Of a DNA stretch of 64,000 nucleotides, positions 12,512-27,400 are shown piece by piece. The notes beneath the pieces are model-generated. The model saw nothing but the letters and a program-made list of their open reading frames with translations, was not told where the DNA came from and searched no databases. How positions within the stretch are numbered: position 1 is the first letter of the stretch; each line of letters opens with the position of its first letter. The DNA is from Lepidodermella squamata (Eukaryota; Animalia; Gastrotricha), in NCBI GenBank assembly GCA_047495785.1, contig JBLDXI010000009.1, positions 2,604,001-2,668,000 of the forward strand, in the 5' to 3' direction. Both the position numbers and the translations under genes were made by a program.

Positions 12512-15500
12512 ATGCGGTCCAGTTTTAACATGTCGATTTCTGTTTTGAAAAACATCATCCCCCACCGCTTGCACGATCTCAGTGCCAGTGGCATGCGGTT
12601 GAAGGACCTCGAAATCGGCGAAACACTCGGCCAGAACGACTTTGCGCGCAAAATTTCGGCGCGTCTTCGCGGCGGCGATGCGAAAAAATCACGAGCCGTT
12701 CTCCTCGAAATCAACCTCGGCCTACTACTCGGAGCGCCCGGCAAAGCGTCCGAGGCACTATCAAAGCCACTCATGGATCTCTTAGGCCAAGAGGTAACAA
12801 AAATATCCTCGAATTATTAACAAAATAATGTTTAAATAATTTTACAGATGAAGCAACTGGCTGGCTTGACACACCTTAATGTTGTTCAAATTTACAATGC
12901 TTTCATGGGTTTGAGATTCAATTATTAGCCAATTAATTAAATTTAAAAAATTATATTTTTTATAGAAAAGGAATGTATCTATTTTGTATCGGAATTTTAT
13001 GACGAAGGTGAGTGAACTCAACAGAAATGTTAATTAATTAATTTAATTTAATTTTAGGAACTCTTCATCGAGCTCTTCAAATGCGTAGTGGAAAAATGGT
13101 GCCTGAACCCATTCCCGAGCCTCAGGTCAGCTGCCAAAAAATGCATTTCAACCCTCATTGCTCCGTTCTAGGTTCTGGACTGGTTTACCCAAATGTCCCG
13201 TGGTCTGCAATTTCTTCACGTCCGCGACTATATTCATTGCAATATCAGCGCCAAGGTCTGACTCGAGAATTTCAGCCGAATTTCAGTTTTAAAATTCCGC
13301 TTTTATTTAGAACGTATTTTTCGTTAACAACATGAAGACAATCAAATTAGCAGATTGCGGTATTAGTCGAATTGTCGATCGGTAAAATAGTTTCATAATT
13401 TTCTGAAATTTCTTTCATAATTTCCATTAATTTTAGAACTGGCCAACTTGGCAAAAGAATGCTTGGAAATCACCATTATTTGGCGCCTGAAATATGGGAT
13501 GCCAAACCTTTCACGAGAAAGGCTGATATTTGGAGTCTCGGTGTTGTCCTCTACCAATTACTCAGTCTCAAACTACCCTACGAAGCCAGCAATGATATTG
13601 AACTATTTTTCAAAGTTAAAGCGTCCGTTTGCCCTATAATATTGAAAAATCGATGCTTAATTGTTTGATTTATCTTAGAGGCACTCGGGCTGATATCCCG
13701 TTCGTTTACTCGGCTGAAACTCTTCACTTGGTCGATAGAATGCTGAAGCTGGACCCGGGCCAACGGCCGCAAATCGACGAGGTCGTGATTGATCTTGAAG
13801 GCGCGATGACAGCGCGGCCTTTCCAGACCGTCTACTGGTGGAATTTGAAACCGCCAACCCGGCCATCGGCGTCGTTTCACAGCAACGGCTCGTTGAAAAA
13901 CAGCTTGCCGGTTCCGACGAAGCCGTGGCTGAAAGCGCCGTCGAAAATTGTCGAACTGCTAATTTATCGAAGCGAGTACGAAACAATACTCGTCGTTTGC
14001 AGGGACGGCGAAATTTGGGTAAATTTTGTTACCATTTTTTCAGCGCAATCTATACTCAAATCGACCGTGGAAAATTTGAATTATTATTGACTTAATTGAA
14101 AATAGGGGCCTAAATCTTTGAAGATCTTTGATTATCAAGGACAATTAGAAAAATCTCCGATATCGTAGCACTAAGCACTAGTATAACCGGCGATTTAGGG
14201 TGGCGGACATTTTTTTGGCGCGAAGTGTAAAGAGTTCACCGAGTTCACCGAATTAATAATTCATAAATCCTGAAATATTCCGTGGATTTTTTGGACAATT
14301 TTTTTGAACACCTCCTTTTAAGTGTCACATGAGTTGTTTGACCCATTTTAATTACCCTTGATTACATTTTCGCATAATAGGATTTGCATTGTAATTTTAG
14401 GTGACTAAAAGTACGAGCATGACACTCAAATTATACGGTTTTTTTATTTCATAAAAACCGACTTCGGCTATCTCATTAGCATATGCATAGATATAACCTA
14501 TTTCTCTAATTTAAACAAATTGGTAACAGACATTTTTTGGCCTCTATAGATTAGCGGAAGAAATGCGTATTGACCTAGTTGACCTAGTTGACCTAGAAAT
14601 GCGTATTGACCTGAATTTACACAAAAAATCGGTCAATTTTCGTGTTCTTTTTCCAGGCTCTGGCTAATGAATGTGATAACGCCGAAGCGATCGTGAGGTG
14701 GAAAGGCAAGGTGGCAGTTCCGCGTACCGTAAATGCCGGCGAAACATGCCTGGCCCACGCTGCTCTCTACACAAGCCGAGCTCAGATCTACTTCACCATC
14801 AACCCACCAACGGAGGGCATTTTCGTAGCTGAAATCAAAGAAATCATGACGAGTAAGCCGACGAGTCCGGTCGAGTTGAAGCGCTTCGACAAAGGCTACG
14901 CGTCGATCCTTGAAAGCGATCGCCTTTTCAACGGTCTTTTTGTCGATGTTGAACATCAAATCATTCTATGCTGCGATCAGACTAGAAAAAGGACGATAGG
15001 TGTGTATTCCGTGTTGGACGGGCGAATTCATTCTGAGATCACCCTACCTAATGCTGGAGAAAATCAATTCAGGTAAATTCATCAAAAAAATCCTGATTTT
15101 TTAATTTTTTTTAATTTTTAATTTTTTAATTTTTCTAATTAATTTAATTTTTTTTAAATCCTGATTTTTTTATTTTTTAAATTAATTTAATATTTAAAAT
15201 AATTTAAAGATTTTTTCGAATAAATTTAATTTAATTTCAGATCAAATTAGGCTCTTTTGAATGGTTATATTTTTATCGAATTTTTAGGCCGTACAAAGTC
15301 TGCTTACATCCGGTTATTATGAACGGCAAGCGATGCCAATTGATGGGCGTTTGCGATGCGCCGAATTCAAAAATTCAGCTATTCATGTTGAGTAAAACCA
15401 AGTCGCAAATGTCGGGCCTTGTCGAAGCTCAATTTCTACGCACCCTAGCAACAAAAGGCAGCATGGTCGGCAATGTCTACCAGCCAACTGGCCTGTTTTT

Positions 15501-15735
15501 CGACCCAAACGGCCATCTGCTAGTCGCTGATTCTGGCAATCATCGAATTCAGATATTTTCCGGCGATTTGCCGGACGATCCTGTTAAGGGTGTTCTATGG
15601 GACGCGTTCACGACAAACCAGCATGGCGCTTTTGCCGAGCCGGTCTCTGTGGTTTCGATCCTCGACGAAGTTCTAACGCGGCCGATAATTCTAGCCGGTT
15701 TACATGAAGATCAAGAAGTGCTAGTTTTCAAATGA
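12512..15735 (+). CDS. NEK-like kinase domain (predicted pseudokinase) fused to a C-terminal NHL/beta-propeller region
   Basis: Spliced motifs LTHLNVVQIYNAF, VLDWFTQMSRGLQFLH..YIHCNISAKN, IKLADCGISR, YLAPEIW...KADIWSLGVVLY, MLKLDPGQRP; C-terminal NHL repeat QPTGLFFDPNGHLLVADSGNHRIQIF. Confidence 0.8.
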
Positions 15736-16678
15736 TGGACAAGCCTTATATGATACTAAATAATTTTTGAACAATAATACTGCACTCTTTTAACAACAAA
15801 AATTGCTGCACAAAATATTATTTTTTCACCAATTTTTTTCGGCGCCGTCACTCACAATTTTTTCGCTTGTTGTTTTAGTATTTGAATATGCAAAACAACC
15901 GACTTTGAAACAACTGGTGACAATCATTTTTTCACGGGTACTTTTTTCACAGGCCCACCGTTGTTTTAATATTATATTTTGCGATAGCCCAAAAAAAATA
16001 AAACAAAAATATTGCGAAAATAAATATTATTGTAGAATTAATTTCATTTTTTTATTCCAAATTCAGCTATATCAATAAAGTTTCACAACTCATTTGGTCT
16101 CGGCAAAATATCAGAATAGCTACGGCCTAAACTGATATGGTTAACAGCCACGATCTCAATAGACTTTCAAGCCGAACAATTTCAGGAGAGGAAGAAGATA
16201 GAATGCCTACTCGAGGCGTAGAAAACGAAACATTTTTTTTTATCTACACATCAAATAGTTTGTGTTGAACCTCTTCCGAATATAACTGATAACCCTTTGT
16301 GTTTTGTTCGCAGAGAATAGGCGGGATTCGTGGCGAAGCGCCAATGAAGAGATATACGTGTAATGCAAGAAAAATCTCGAGTCATCGCATTTTATTTACA
16401 CAAGGATGAAATAACGTCAGCAATAAAACTAAACGCGATGACGAGCTTCCGATATCAGCGGCGGGGAAGAATCGGTCATGTCGAGGTGAGAACGAACGAA
16501 CGATGATACAAGCAAAGTAGCAACAATAAAAACGAGAAACAACGCACGCACACAAAAAAACACAACCAGAAATAATGATTATTGTTATTAACGTAAAAGT
16601 TGCGCATTTTTTTTACCAAAATTTCATCAAAATTGTTAATGAATTTTTGGTGATGAAATTAAATAAATAGTTTTTGTT

Positions 16679-19600
16679 TCAGTCACGCCGAATTATCGGG
16701 TGTTTGAGACTGCATAAAAATTGCTGCGGATGCGGATCGCTGTGCGTTGATCGCGGCTGAACAACCAACGGCGCTTCATTCATGTGAAACTGCACGAGTT
16801 CTTGCAGCGTCGCGAACGTCTTCTCCGATTCCTTCTGCGACCCAACCGCCAGTCTGTCATTCGCCTCAGGCCGTCTGCACACCTGGATGTAATGACACGC
16901 TTTTCGAGCGTATAGGCATAGGGTGAATAAAGCGTTCGGTTGAGACGAGGCGTTGTTGCAATCGCGGACCAAAAACGCACCGTCCTGTGCGGTTTCCCGC
17001 AATTTCCGCTCCGACTCTTCCCGGCTCATTTTGCCGTGGTACCACTCGAAGGTGAACAAATTGTACTGTAACGACTCGGCGCCTGAGTAGATATCGTCGT
17101 CTGATTGGTAAGCCGCTGCGTTGTTGTTCGACTCGCCTGTCGACACGACTGTTACATGTAAAGCTGAAGCTGATGGTTGTTTATTCATTTTTATGCTGGA
17201 ACTCGTGAAAGAGGTCGACGCCAGGTTGGAACCTGAATCTTGCCGCGTCACAGGCACTTTAATCAAGACCTTCCCGGTTGTCGAGATTTTCGAAGAGGAC
17301 GAAGATGTCGATGACGCTAGGGAAGATCCGAGGCCGGACGATGCCGTCGAACCGTTTGATGGCCTCTGGGCGAATAGCGAGCTAGCCGAGGGTGGGCTGA
17401 TGCCGATTGGCGATGAGTTGGTGTGTTGTAGCGACAAACGGCTTCTCAGGCCCAACGGGTCTTTGTTCATCAAAGCCATAGGAGGTAGTAAATCGTCGCT
17501 ACCAGCCTCGCTCGACGATGTGATTGAGGGCGTCTGGTTGCTGCTAGGTTCAGCCACCTTAAAATCGTGAACAGGCGGCGGGAGAGGGGCGTCGTTATTT
17601 TTTAAATTAAATGAAGATTTTGAGGGGGGTTGGGGGGCTTGGCGTTTTTTGGCAGGGGGTGCCGTAGCACCACTTGACGCCTCGCTCGAAGGCGGAGACG
17701 GCGAGACTTGTGACGGGTCCATCATGTGATGATGGTGGTTTGTGCCAGGGTTAACGAGCAGTGATTTGATGCGTGACGGCAGTTCGGGCTCGCACTCGTC
17801 CGAGTCAGGCGGGGTCACGGTGGGTGGAGGCTGCGAGTATCGTGTCGAGCGATTTCCGGTGACGTCGTTTATCAACGGCATCGAAAAGTTAGCTGGTTTC
17901 GGCGGGGTCGGCGGGACCTTATTCCCAGGCTAAACATTATAGTAAATAAAAAAATCGTTAAAAAAGTGAAAAAATTGAATGTATTGCTGACGTAAATATT
18001 TCGGGCTAGCACAATTTTTTCAAAATTTAGGGAGAAATTTCGAATTTTTTAAATTTTGATTAAGGCGAGATCCTTGTCATGAGAGGTAAAATTTCGTTGA
18101 TTGAGAAAACTTCTGGATGTAGTTTAAAAACCCTCTTCTATTAGTAATTATAGCGAATATTTTGGAATTAAATAGGAATTCTGTTACCTTCAATTCTCCT
18201 TGTCTTGTCTTCAAAATTGGCCCTAAAGCGTAACGACGAATCTAAAAATTTACGAGGCCATTGCATATGCAAATTAGCAATGAAATAATGAAAATTATAG
18301 ACCGGCATTAAAATCCTTTTAATTTGCCGAAATTCAGGTAAAAAATATAATAATTCTCAAAATTTCTAGGGAGATCAGGAATTATTCTGCCCATTTATGA
18401 GTGAAATTCCAGGACTAGTAGAGCAAAAGCTATAATTGTTGCCCAATTTACCAGTCGTTCGAAATAGGCGTGGGAAATTTTCGAATTCAATCAGTAAAGC
18501 GATCAACTTCTAGAATTTTTCAGACGGTGTCAATAATATGTATCCATTCTAATAAAATAACAGTTCCAAGTAAGAAAATTCCAGATTTTCTGTAACTAGA
18601 AAGGTAAATTAATGGGGAAATTTATTAAACGAGAGCAAAATGCATCTAACAACTTTAAGTAATTTCCATTAGCGTAGAGGTGAAGAATATCATACCTGGT
18701 TCATTTTGACCATGGTCTGGATGCCGGTGACGACTTTGTTAGGATCAAGGCCTTCGCAGAATCGCGAGCCGAGTACTTTCGGCTGAGGTCGCACGGGCAG
18801 TTGCGGCGGCGGAGCTGCGGCTACTTGTTGCTGCTGCTTCTGCTGTTCCTCCTCGCTACTGACTGGCGACGACGACGACGTAGCATCGAGAGCGTTATCC
18901 ATGATGGCGGCACCGGAAGAGCGCCTGTTTAGCGCGACACCAGCCGATGACCTTTATTGATGACGGCGAGAAAATAATATAACAGCGTAATGTAATATTA
19001 TTAGGGGCCGAAAGTTACCACACATACACAAGACATGCACGCAAAACGCGCGTCAGAATAAACATTCAAGAAATATGTTGTAATATATAGCCGAAAATGA
19101 CTTACGGTGCGACACTCGAGTGTTGGGCCGGTTTCGACGACGACGACGACAAGGACTCGACTCTGCTGGGCAGGTTTTGTTTGTGCCCCGAATCTCCACC
19201 ACCACCGCCGCCGCTGTCTGGTTGCTGCTTTGGCGGCGATTCTTCACCAGTACCGAAAAAGCCCGTCTGTCCGATGTTGCGATCCTCCATTTCATCGGCT
19301 GTAATAATATAACAAGGAACAGGTTTATAAGCGTGAAAAAGTGAAGTGGCCGTACAGACCAGCAGGGCTAGTCAAATAAATAACAACAACAACAATAACA
19401 ACAGCCCTTATAACGACGTCAAGAACCGCTTTAACCCCAGCGGTAATATTTGCCTGGTTTAAACACTGAATATGACATAGGTACTTACGCGAATCGTATT
19501 CGTCCTCGCCGTTTTCTTGCGTCGGCTAGAAAAATAATTAAAAAACACAACAATTAATCTTAAAGTCGGAAATTGTATTGCTGTTTTTTTCCAAACTTAG

Positions 19601-20225
19601 AGAGGGACACTTCAATTTTTGTTAAACATTACAATTAATTTTTCTTAATTCCCGTGTCTAAATTATAGCGACAAAATAATATTTTTATAATTAAGGAGGA
19701 TTTTTTAATTAAATCTGTTTTTATTGCAGCATAACAATTTGACTTGAATTTTAGAATAAAGTGACTCATCAGATTTTTCAGGTCAAAAATAAATTTTTGG
19801 ATGACTTTCAAAGTTCTTACGTCGAGATAAGTTGGCGGTGCATCGTTAAATTCGTCATCTGGCCATGTTGAGAATGACTGTTGAGTTTGCCCGCTAAATA
19901 ACGGCTTCCCGTTGCCATTACTCGGCAACAAATGATGCTTCGGAGCTGATCGACTCAAATCGCCACCGGCATAGCCGGAATTTGTCCGAAATACCGCGTT
20001 TCCAGCCGGATGGCCGGTTGATTGAAATGTAATATTGCTATTTGTGGTCGAGCGTGTTTTTTGCAGGACAACGTGATTGCGCGATGTGTCATTGTGGTTG
20101 AGGAAAGATACGCCTGTTTCGCGAATTTTATTAACTGGAACGCGATGGCAATCTTCCTCCTCCAGATCGCACTCACTACTGCGATGTTGCCGAAGTGTGA
20201 CTAATTTTTTCTTTAAAAAATTCAT
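16679..20225 (-). CDS. SH2 adaptor protein with SLP-76/BLNK/CLNK-like architecture (5 predicted exons)
   Basis: C-terminal SH2 WYHGKMSREESERKL...DGAFLVRD...FTLCLY; long Pro/Ser-rich region; micro-exon at ~19488-19526 encoding PTQENGEDEYDS. Confidence 0.75.
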
Positions 20226-23200
20226 ATTTTTCCTAGAAAAATATGAAGGTTGAAATTGATCTTATCCGAGGATAAAGCGTCCGGAGCTAGAATATACCAA
20301 GAATTTTGGGCGGTGCAGGAACTGATATCACGGATGCTATTTAATCGCGCAACCATCAGACGACTGCGGCGCCACTGAGGCGGGAAAGAAAAAAATGTCA
20401 ATTGGCACTGCGGTGTGATAACCGTCCGTTATCAATTTAGCACTGCTTATTTCCTGATATACTTGAAAGGTAGTTGGGTAAAAAAAGGCGGCCAGTAAGA
20501 TAGTGTTCCCACGCAGCCATTAAGAAGGCTTTATCATTTTTTCATACCGGCATCCTATATGCCAAAGGTGAGAGATAACAGTTGGAAAACGAGGCGCATT
20601 TCATCAAGTATGTAACCAAATATCAGTGCTTCAGATATTAGCAAACGAGTCGCGCAAAGATGATAATGTAAATTAAGGAGGCTAAACGCCCTTGCGCCTG
20701 CATAAAGTTGTAAACACCCCACTCATAGCACGTGTACCTAATAATAGAAATAATATTAATTCATTACTAATTATGAAATAATTAGCGAGAAATATTCCGA
20801 GCAAAAAAGGTTGAACAGCTGACGTTTAGGGTTGATGGTGTTTGAGCAAAATGGCAGCAGCGTCGCTTATTAGTTTTATCGCCGCCTTAAAAATAATACA
20901 GACCGCCTTAATTTAACGCGTGAGAAAAATGCGCGGGCGATTTTCGCGCCTCTGTTGTGTGCCGTGCGGCGCAGCGTTTTTCTTGTTATCGTTGTTTTCA
21001 ACGCCCCGCCGCCATCGCAGCCGTATTTACCTATTATCATCATCAATCGGCATTATTATGGCCATAATAAAAATATAATAGAAAAATGCGCGGAAATGAG
21101 CGAATATATAGCCTCCCACCCCCCAACAGCCTTAGGGGACACCTTTTGTCGCTCGCAGCGTTGCCGCGAAAGAGCGTCGTTTTCGCGAAATGTATTATCT
21201 TGCCTCGCATTTTTACAGACGCAAAAACAATCGCAAGCCCCACCCCAATTTTGTTCACCGCGTGGCGCCACTTTTAGCTGAATAGCCAGCTGAAAATTGA
21301 AAATCCAACTATACAGTGATAGAAAAGCTATTTCACAAAAATGTGACGCTGAAAAAAGATTATATCATATGGATTTTTTAGCTCATCAGAGCGCAGAAAG
21401 AAAAAATAATTGAAAAAGCTTTACGTCAAACAATTACAAGTAATCTATGACGGTGTTATTGTTGGTTATATGGTATTATTGCCTCTGTCTTGTCAACAAA
21501 ACTAATAAAATACCAAGCAATAATGACGCGTGTGCGTACTTTTTGTTGCGAGTGCGGGCAAAAAATGCGAGATTATTTATGCGCGGCTAACGAGACGTGA
21601 CATTTTTTGAAGGGCACACCTGAAATTTATTCCGCGCGGGCAACTTATAAATTTTTCCGCCAGGTGCCACAGGCTGCTTTTTGCCGTGAGCAACAGGCGT
21701 GGTGGTGTTTATTTGTTGTTGCGTTATTTAGGCCGCTAAGCGTGATGATTCATATGAATAGTAATACGTTGAGCGGGTCCCGCCCGGGTTTCGTAATAAT
21801 CCTGCGGGTTGTCACGCTCGACTTGCGCAAGTATAATGGTGGCGCGCGGTTCCAATAATCGGCTACTCTTGGTTTAATTCACGCAAATGCCTCTTCAAAA
21901 CAGGTGCGGCATCTATGAAGTATATACGCGCGTCACGGGTGGCCGGTGATTTGATGAGTGGTTGCGATATGCGGCGAGCGCGCAATATGGCACATTCACT
22001 CTTGGGAAAAAGTTTCGCGCAAAATGGCGACCAGCGAAAAACGACGAATAACAAACAAGCAGCATGGGTTATCAACTAGTCCGGCGATTAATAATGTAGG
22101 GTTTTCTCTCACTTGATAATTAACAGATTTTTGTTGCGCGTTTAAACGGCTTTGTGTTTTTCGGATAATTAAGGTGTAAAATCGGCGCTAATTTCAACAT
22201 CCTATGCCAACATAGGAAACAACGTTGTGTGTAAATAAGCTAGGTATTTTATTTAAATTAATTTCCTGCAGTTTTTATGCGCGCGCGCGAGCGCGGTAAA
22301 CCGCAGCGCGTTAAAAATGCGGAATTTTTATTTGCCTAGAGTGGGCCTTTAAAATATCAAAAAATTACGCAGAAATACTGCCTACGACGCGCAGAGAATA
22401 ATTGCGTGAATTAAAACCGGCTTTTTCTGAGGTTTTATATTATCAAAAGATGATAGTGGAATACAATGCTTTGTGGCTATACAATAGCCGTCTTTTCAAG
22501 TTCCACGAGCAACAAAGTGATTATTTTACGCTCGTGAATGCGTCAAAAATTAAGGTGACGACAAAGGAAAGTAAAAAAGACGCTTTCCGAGATTCATCGG
22601 GGGCCGAGCTTTGTTTGCAGAGATGTCACTGAAAGACCTAAAGAAAAGCTGATTATTTTCTGAGAGGGCACCAATTTTTCGCGGAGCAAATAATATGTTG
22701 ATGTAAAAAAATTGCAAAATTGCAAGAAATATTGCAAAAATATACAAAGAAGACTGAATTCCCCAATCACTGAGGAAACGATTCTTTCAACTTATTCTGA
22801 CTTTGAAGAAATTAAGTATGCCTTCTGTTCTATAAAAATATGATATTATGAAGAAAATTGAAAAACAATATTTTGAACCTGAAATTAATTAAAATGTCCC
22901 TTTCAGAATTTTGTTGTCCAATTTTGTGAATGAGGAGCTATTTTTAGATAATTTTAAACTGGAACATTCATTCATCTGGCGGCCGCTAGTTTATACAGGA
23001 CCAACGTGGGACCATTGATATATTATTATTCCTGAATGAGCAGCAGCACGCCGTCACCTCAAACCGCAAATACTAAATGAGAAAAACGTGTATGGGCGAG
23101 GTATAGAGCAAAGCTACCGGCGGCTGGTGGTATGGTGAAGATGCAGAAAGATGACGACGAAGGATGATGATGATGATAATGATCACGAGTGTCTTAGCCG

Positions 23201-24049
23201 CAGCATGAGATGGATGAGTTTGCACGGCGCCTGATGTTGGTCAATAATATAATAGCAAATTGTGGACACCTTTCCAAGCGCGTACACACTCGGCCTTATT
23301 ACGCGCGTCTTTTGGTGCAATATAAGATGAAAAATACATACACCTGAGATAGCACTACCTTCTTCTTCTTCCATATATAGCTATAGCTATCTTATGCAGT
23401 GGACATAACGTGATATAGTTGGCTATGCTATTTCCCGCCAGAGTGGACAGTCGGGCGAACAGCCTCTTGCTTCAAGAATGGCGCGCAGAATGGCGCACAC
23501 GTGAGCCGGTTATAAATGCGCGTCAACATCACGATGATGATGAAGATATTATTACTTGTGGCGGATGGCATGCGCGCCTCATCCTGTTGCGCGCGTAAAA
23601 ATGTTTTATCTGCCCGCGTTAACAGCCGCGCGTTTCACGAGAAAGGACAACATAGGGCGGGCGGCGCGGGGATAAACAATAAACAAGGCCTTGAGACTCT
23701 GACCCAACCGGTCAAACACGCGGATCCGCACCGTACAGGTACGATGCTGACTAATGGCTCATGCCTATATACCTGAAAAATATGTCGCAAAGTGATAAGC
23801 GCCTCTTTTATTTATCTATCAGAGTGAGAAATATTTCGTCGCTTTTTGGGTTCTCGCGCGCAGCCGGGTTCGGTTGCAAGCAAAACAGACGTCTGGTTTA
23901 AAACCAACACGCGCCAGCGACAACAGCCGAGTCGCTTGCGTTTTCGCAGGAAGGGAAAACTTGTTAATATGCCGCAGATAGGTATAACAAAACAACCCCT
24001 AATTACACGCAAATTTCGCAAATTTGTACTCGAAATTACCTGTGCACTG

Positions 24050-24480
24050 AAATGTGGACTGCAGTGCAAGCTAACTTCTCGAGAAATTTAAACCAAATTG
24101 CACTAATGAGCGTTTTAAAAGTATAAAACCCTAAGCCTCCTTCTTCATCATCTACGCCGTCAATCAGGCCAACACGAAGATATCGCTAACTTTTATGAAG
24201 GTCTCGGCTACGTCGTCATGAGCACAATTAAGGATGAGATTAAGAAAACTCGAGGCCGAACAGTTCATGATATCTACAAAGAGCTGGTAGGGAACTTCCT
24301 TGACATGGGAGAGGATCATGGCTTGGAACGCCTGAAGCTCGTCAGTTCAATTCCCAATTACGAAAATTGTAAGCGCACTTTGTATCGCCATTTGTATCGC
24401 CAAATGTGGACTGCAGTGCAAGCTAACTTCTCGAGAAATTTAAACCAAATTGCACTAATGAGCGTTTTTAAAGTATAAAA
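24050..24480 (+). repeat. 79-bp direct repeats (24050-24128, 24402-24480) flanking a possible MULE-type transposase fragment
   Basis: Repeats differ at one position; the enclosed ORF piece IPNYENCKRTLYRH resembles the region preceding MULE domains (weak). Confidence 0.6.
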
Positions 24481-27400
24481 TTGTCGCATTACTATCGAGT
24501 AAAGACGGCCAAAAGTAGCTTGGGTGGAGAATGAAAAATCAACAATGGATCTATTTTAGCCGAATCAGACTCTCAAACTGAAGTTTCCTTGAGATACCTC
24601 CACCAGCTCCATCTAATAAAAAAAACGAAAATTAAATGTTGCGAATATTGCCTGGAACTTGGCCTACAATTTAATATACCATATAGCTGGATAATTTCAG
24701 AAAGATTGTGAATTACCGTGAACAATACCGACTATTTTTTTCTATTTTATTCGATCAGCATTTCATGAAAAATAAATAATAAATTGCTCGGCTGGCCGAG
24801 ATCAATGCAAAACAAAGCTTATAATTCGTATATTAGGCAGGGTCTAGCCCTGCCCTTAATTTCGGTCCTGCCTAGTAATTCGCTATTTACGGAATTTACG
24901 GAGTTTATTTGCTGAGTTGTGATATAACGTTATTATTTTCCCAAGGAATTAATTTAAGATAGGTAACCCAAAGGTCGCTTTTCGAGTATTTCTACGAAAT
25001 GAAGGAATGAATGCTATATAACGAAGAATGCAACTTAAACAGCAATTTACGCTAAATCTAAAGATGATTTATTTTAAATTGTGCTGATCAGTCATGGCAT
25101 CCTTGAAAAGTTCAAAAAGAGGTTTTAGGCACATCAAAAATTCCTAAATTTGGGTCCGCTAAAAGTAAGACCAATGCCAGAGATATTGGGCATAACAAAA
25201 AACCAATAAATTATCGCTAATCCTTGATTGAAATAATCGATTATTTTTCGAAATATTTCTGGGACTATGAGGTAGTCAGGTTTTTTTAAACTTGAAATGC
25301 CTAGAATTTATCCGAATTAAATCGAATTTTACCGAATTATTTGGTAGAACATTTTTTGCACCAACTAATGGGTACACTAAAAGATGTAAGAAGTTCACTT
25401 ACGGCTAGCGATTTATTAGTTATAAGTAATTATTATTTTAACCTAAAATTGTTATTAAAATGCCATTTTCGGCAGATATCAAAAAAAAGATATCACTATC
25501 ACCAATAAAAGGTCACCGATATTATTAAAAGCATCGCAAGAGGTCCGAGTGCGAAACTATACATGATTCAGAAGAAATTTGTCAGCCAATAGAGAGTAAA
25601 TTGTCAGTTTGATCGCGATGCGTTGATGATGAGACGCTATACCATCTGAAAGCGCGTGCGAGATAGCGCATCGCAATCTAAACTTTGTAGATAGCGCTAT
25701 ATACACGCTTGCAAAACGACATCAACAATAACAACAATATTGCATCAACACACAGGTATTATAGGTACGTAAGTATAAAAAGCGATTATAACTGCGGTTA
25801 ACCGGGTTGAAAATCGCCGTGTTGCAAAACATGCCGTCATTGGGATCGCTCGCCGTTCGAAATAATTAATAGCAATAACAATAACACAGCATAATGATTA
25901 TTGTTGTCACTGTTGTATTGAGACTGTTATTACTCACTCATCTCATAAAACATACCGGTGCGCGTTTTTATACACCGAAAACGACTGTATATTAAGGAGG
26001 TCAGTCGCGTTTCGTATTGCACCGATGGCGTTATACGCCCTGAGCGCGTACTGCGGCGAAACTAGTACGCTATAAACACACTTATCTGTGTAAGAAAGAA
26101 CGCTCGCTAAGACGTATAAATCGCGGCTCGAGTTATTGAATTCGCATACTTGCCGCATTTTCATCATCAGCAGCGTCGGCCTTGATGAATAATAGTGTCT
26201 TTTAAAATTCATAATATACCAAGCACCTGCGCTGCTAGTGAGTTTATGTCGATATTATGACGCTCGGGCTGCTAATCATAAATTCCGCGTACACATACAC
26301 ATTTTGGTCACCCTGCATGTGACCGAAATGGCTGCCGATGAATGCTTGCTGTGTACTCAGTCTTCGGCGCGGCGGCTATATATGAAATCTGAAAACACGC
26401 GATGTACACGTAAAAAAGAAATCGATTCTTTTCCACGCACATTCACAGCATGACCCGAAATTATTAAGGCGGCTGATGATGATAAACAATAAGCTAACAA
26501 AAGCTGATCAGCTTTGCACAGGAAACTGCTGTTCTTTCAATGTTAAGGTGTGTTTTATTTATAAAGTTTTTACTACCGTAATGAATTGTATAATAAACTT
26601 GCCCTAAACGCGCGTCTTTTGCTGGACAGCCGCCTTAATGGCCGGAAGAAATCGAAGCTGCGTGTTTCCGCATCCGCCTCGAGGCGCGCGGTTTAGCGAC
26701 CTGAAGTTATTGTAGCGGTTAGACAAATATTCAGTTCCGCTTTATTTATTGATAAAATTTATTGGTCGCTTACTGACGCAAAATGGACTGTGAATCAAAT
26801 CAACTATAAAAAATTAAAATTTATTACAAAATATTAGATTGGAAAAGCGGAGTATCTTTTAGCGGAGCTAAATTTACGGTGAGCGGAACCAAATTAGCAT
26901 TTGCGGATGAACCAAACTTGAGTCATTATTTGAATAAAATTTTACGAATTTTAGGCGAAGGAGTTCTGAATTGAACACTCATCTTATAGAGAATGTTGCG
27001 CTGAATTTACTGGTAATTATTTTAGAACTATTACGGTCAATCTTGATTTCTTGAAAAGTGATTTCAGGCCAATTTGGTTCCGGTATAAGGAGGACCCTTG
27101 GAAAATTGGCGTTATTTCGAACATTGAGGCCTTTTGCTCAACCAAGGTCTAGCATCCTTTTGCCTTTATTGATTTCCGATATTGATCCTTGTAAATTGAA
27201 GTGAACTGCGATAAAATTCTGCGTATTTCTTTGTGTAAAACCTCATCATCACTTTGAAACCTTGCTCAATGACGATTCAATCAAATAATTCGAATTTGAC
27301 CCATTCGCTCATTTCGCTAGAGGACAATCTGTTAAAAAAATTCGTACAGCTTCTGTCCTCATAATAATATCGAGGCTAATAAACAAAAAATAGAACTATT

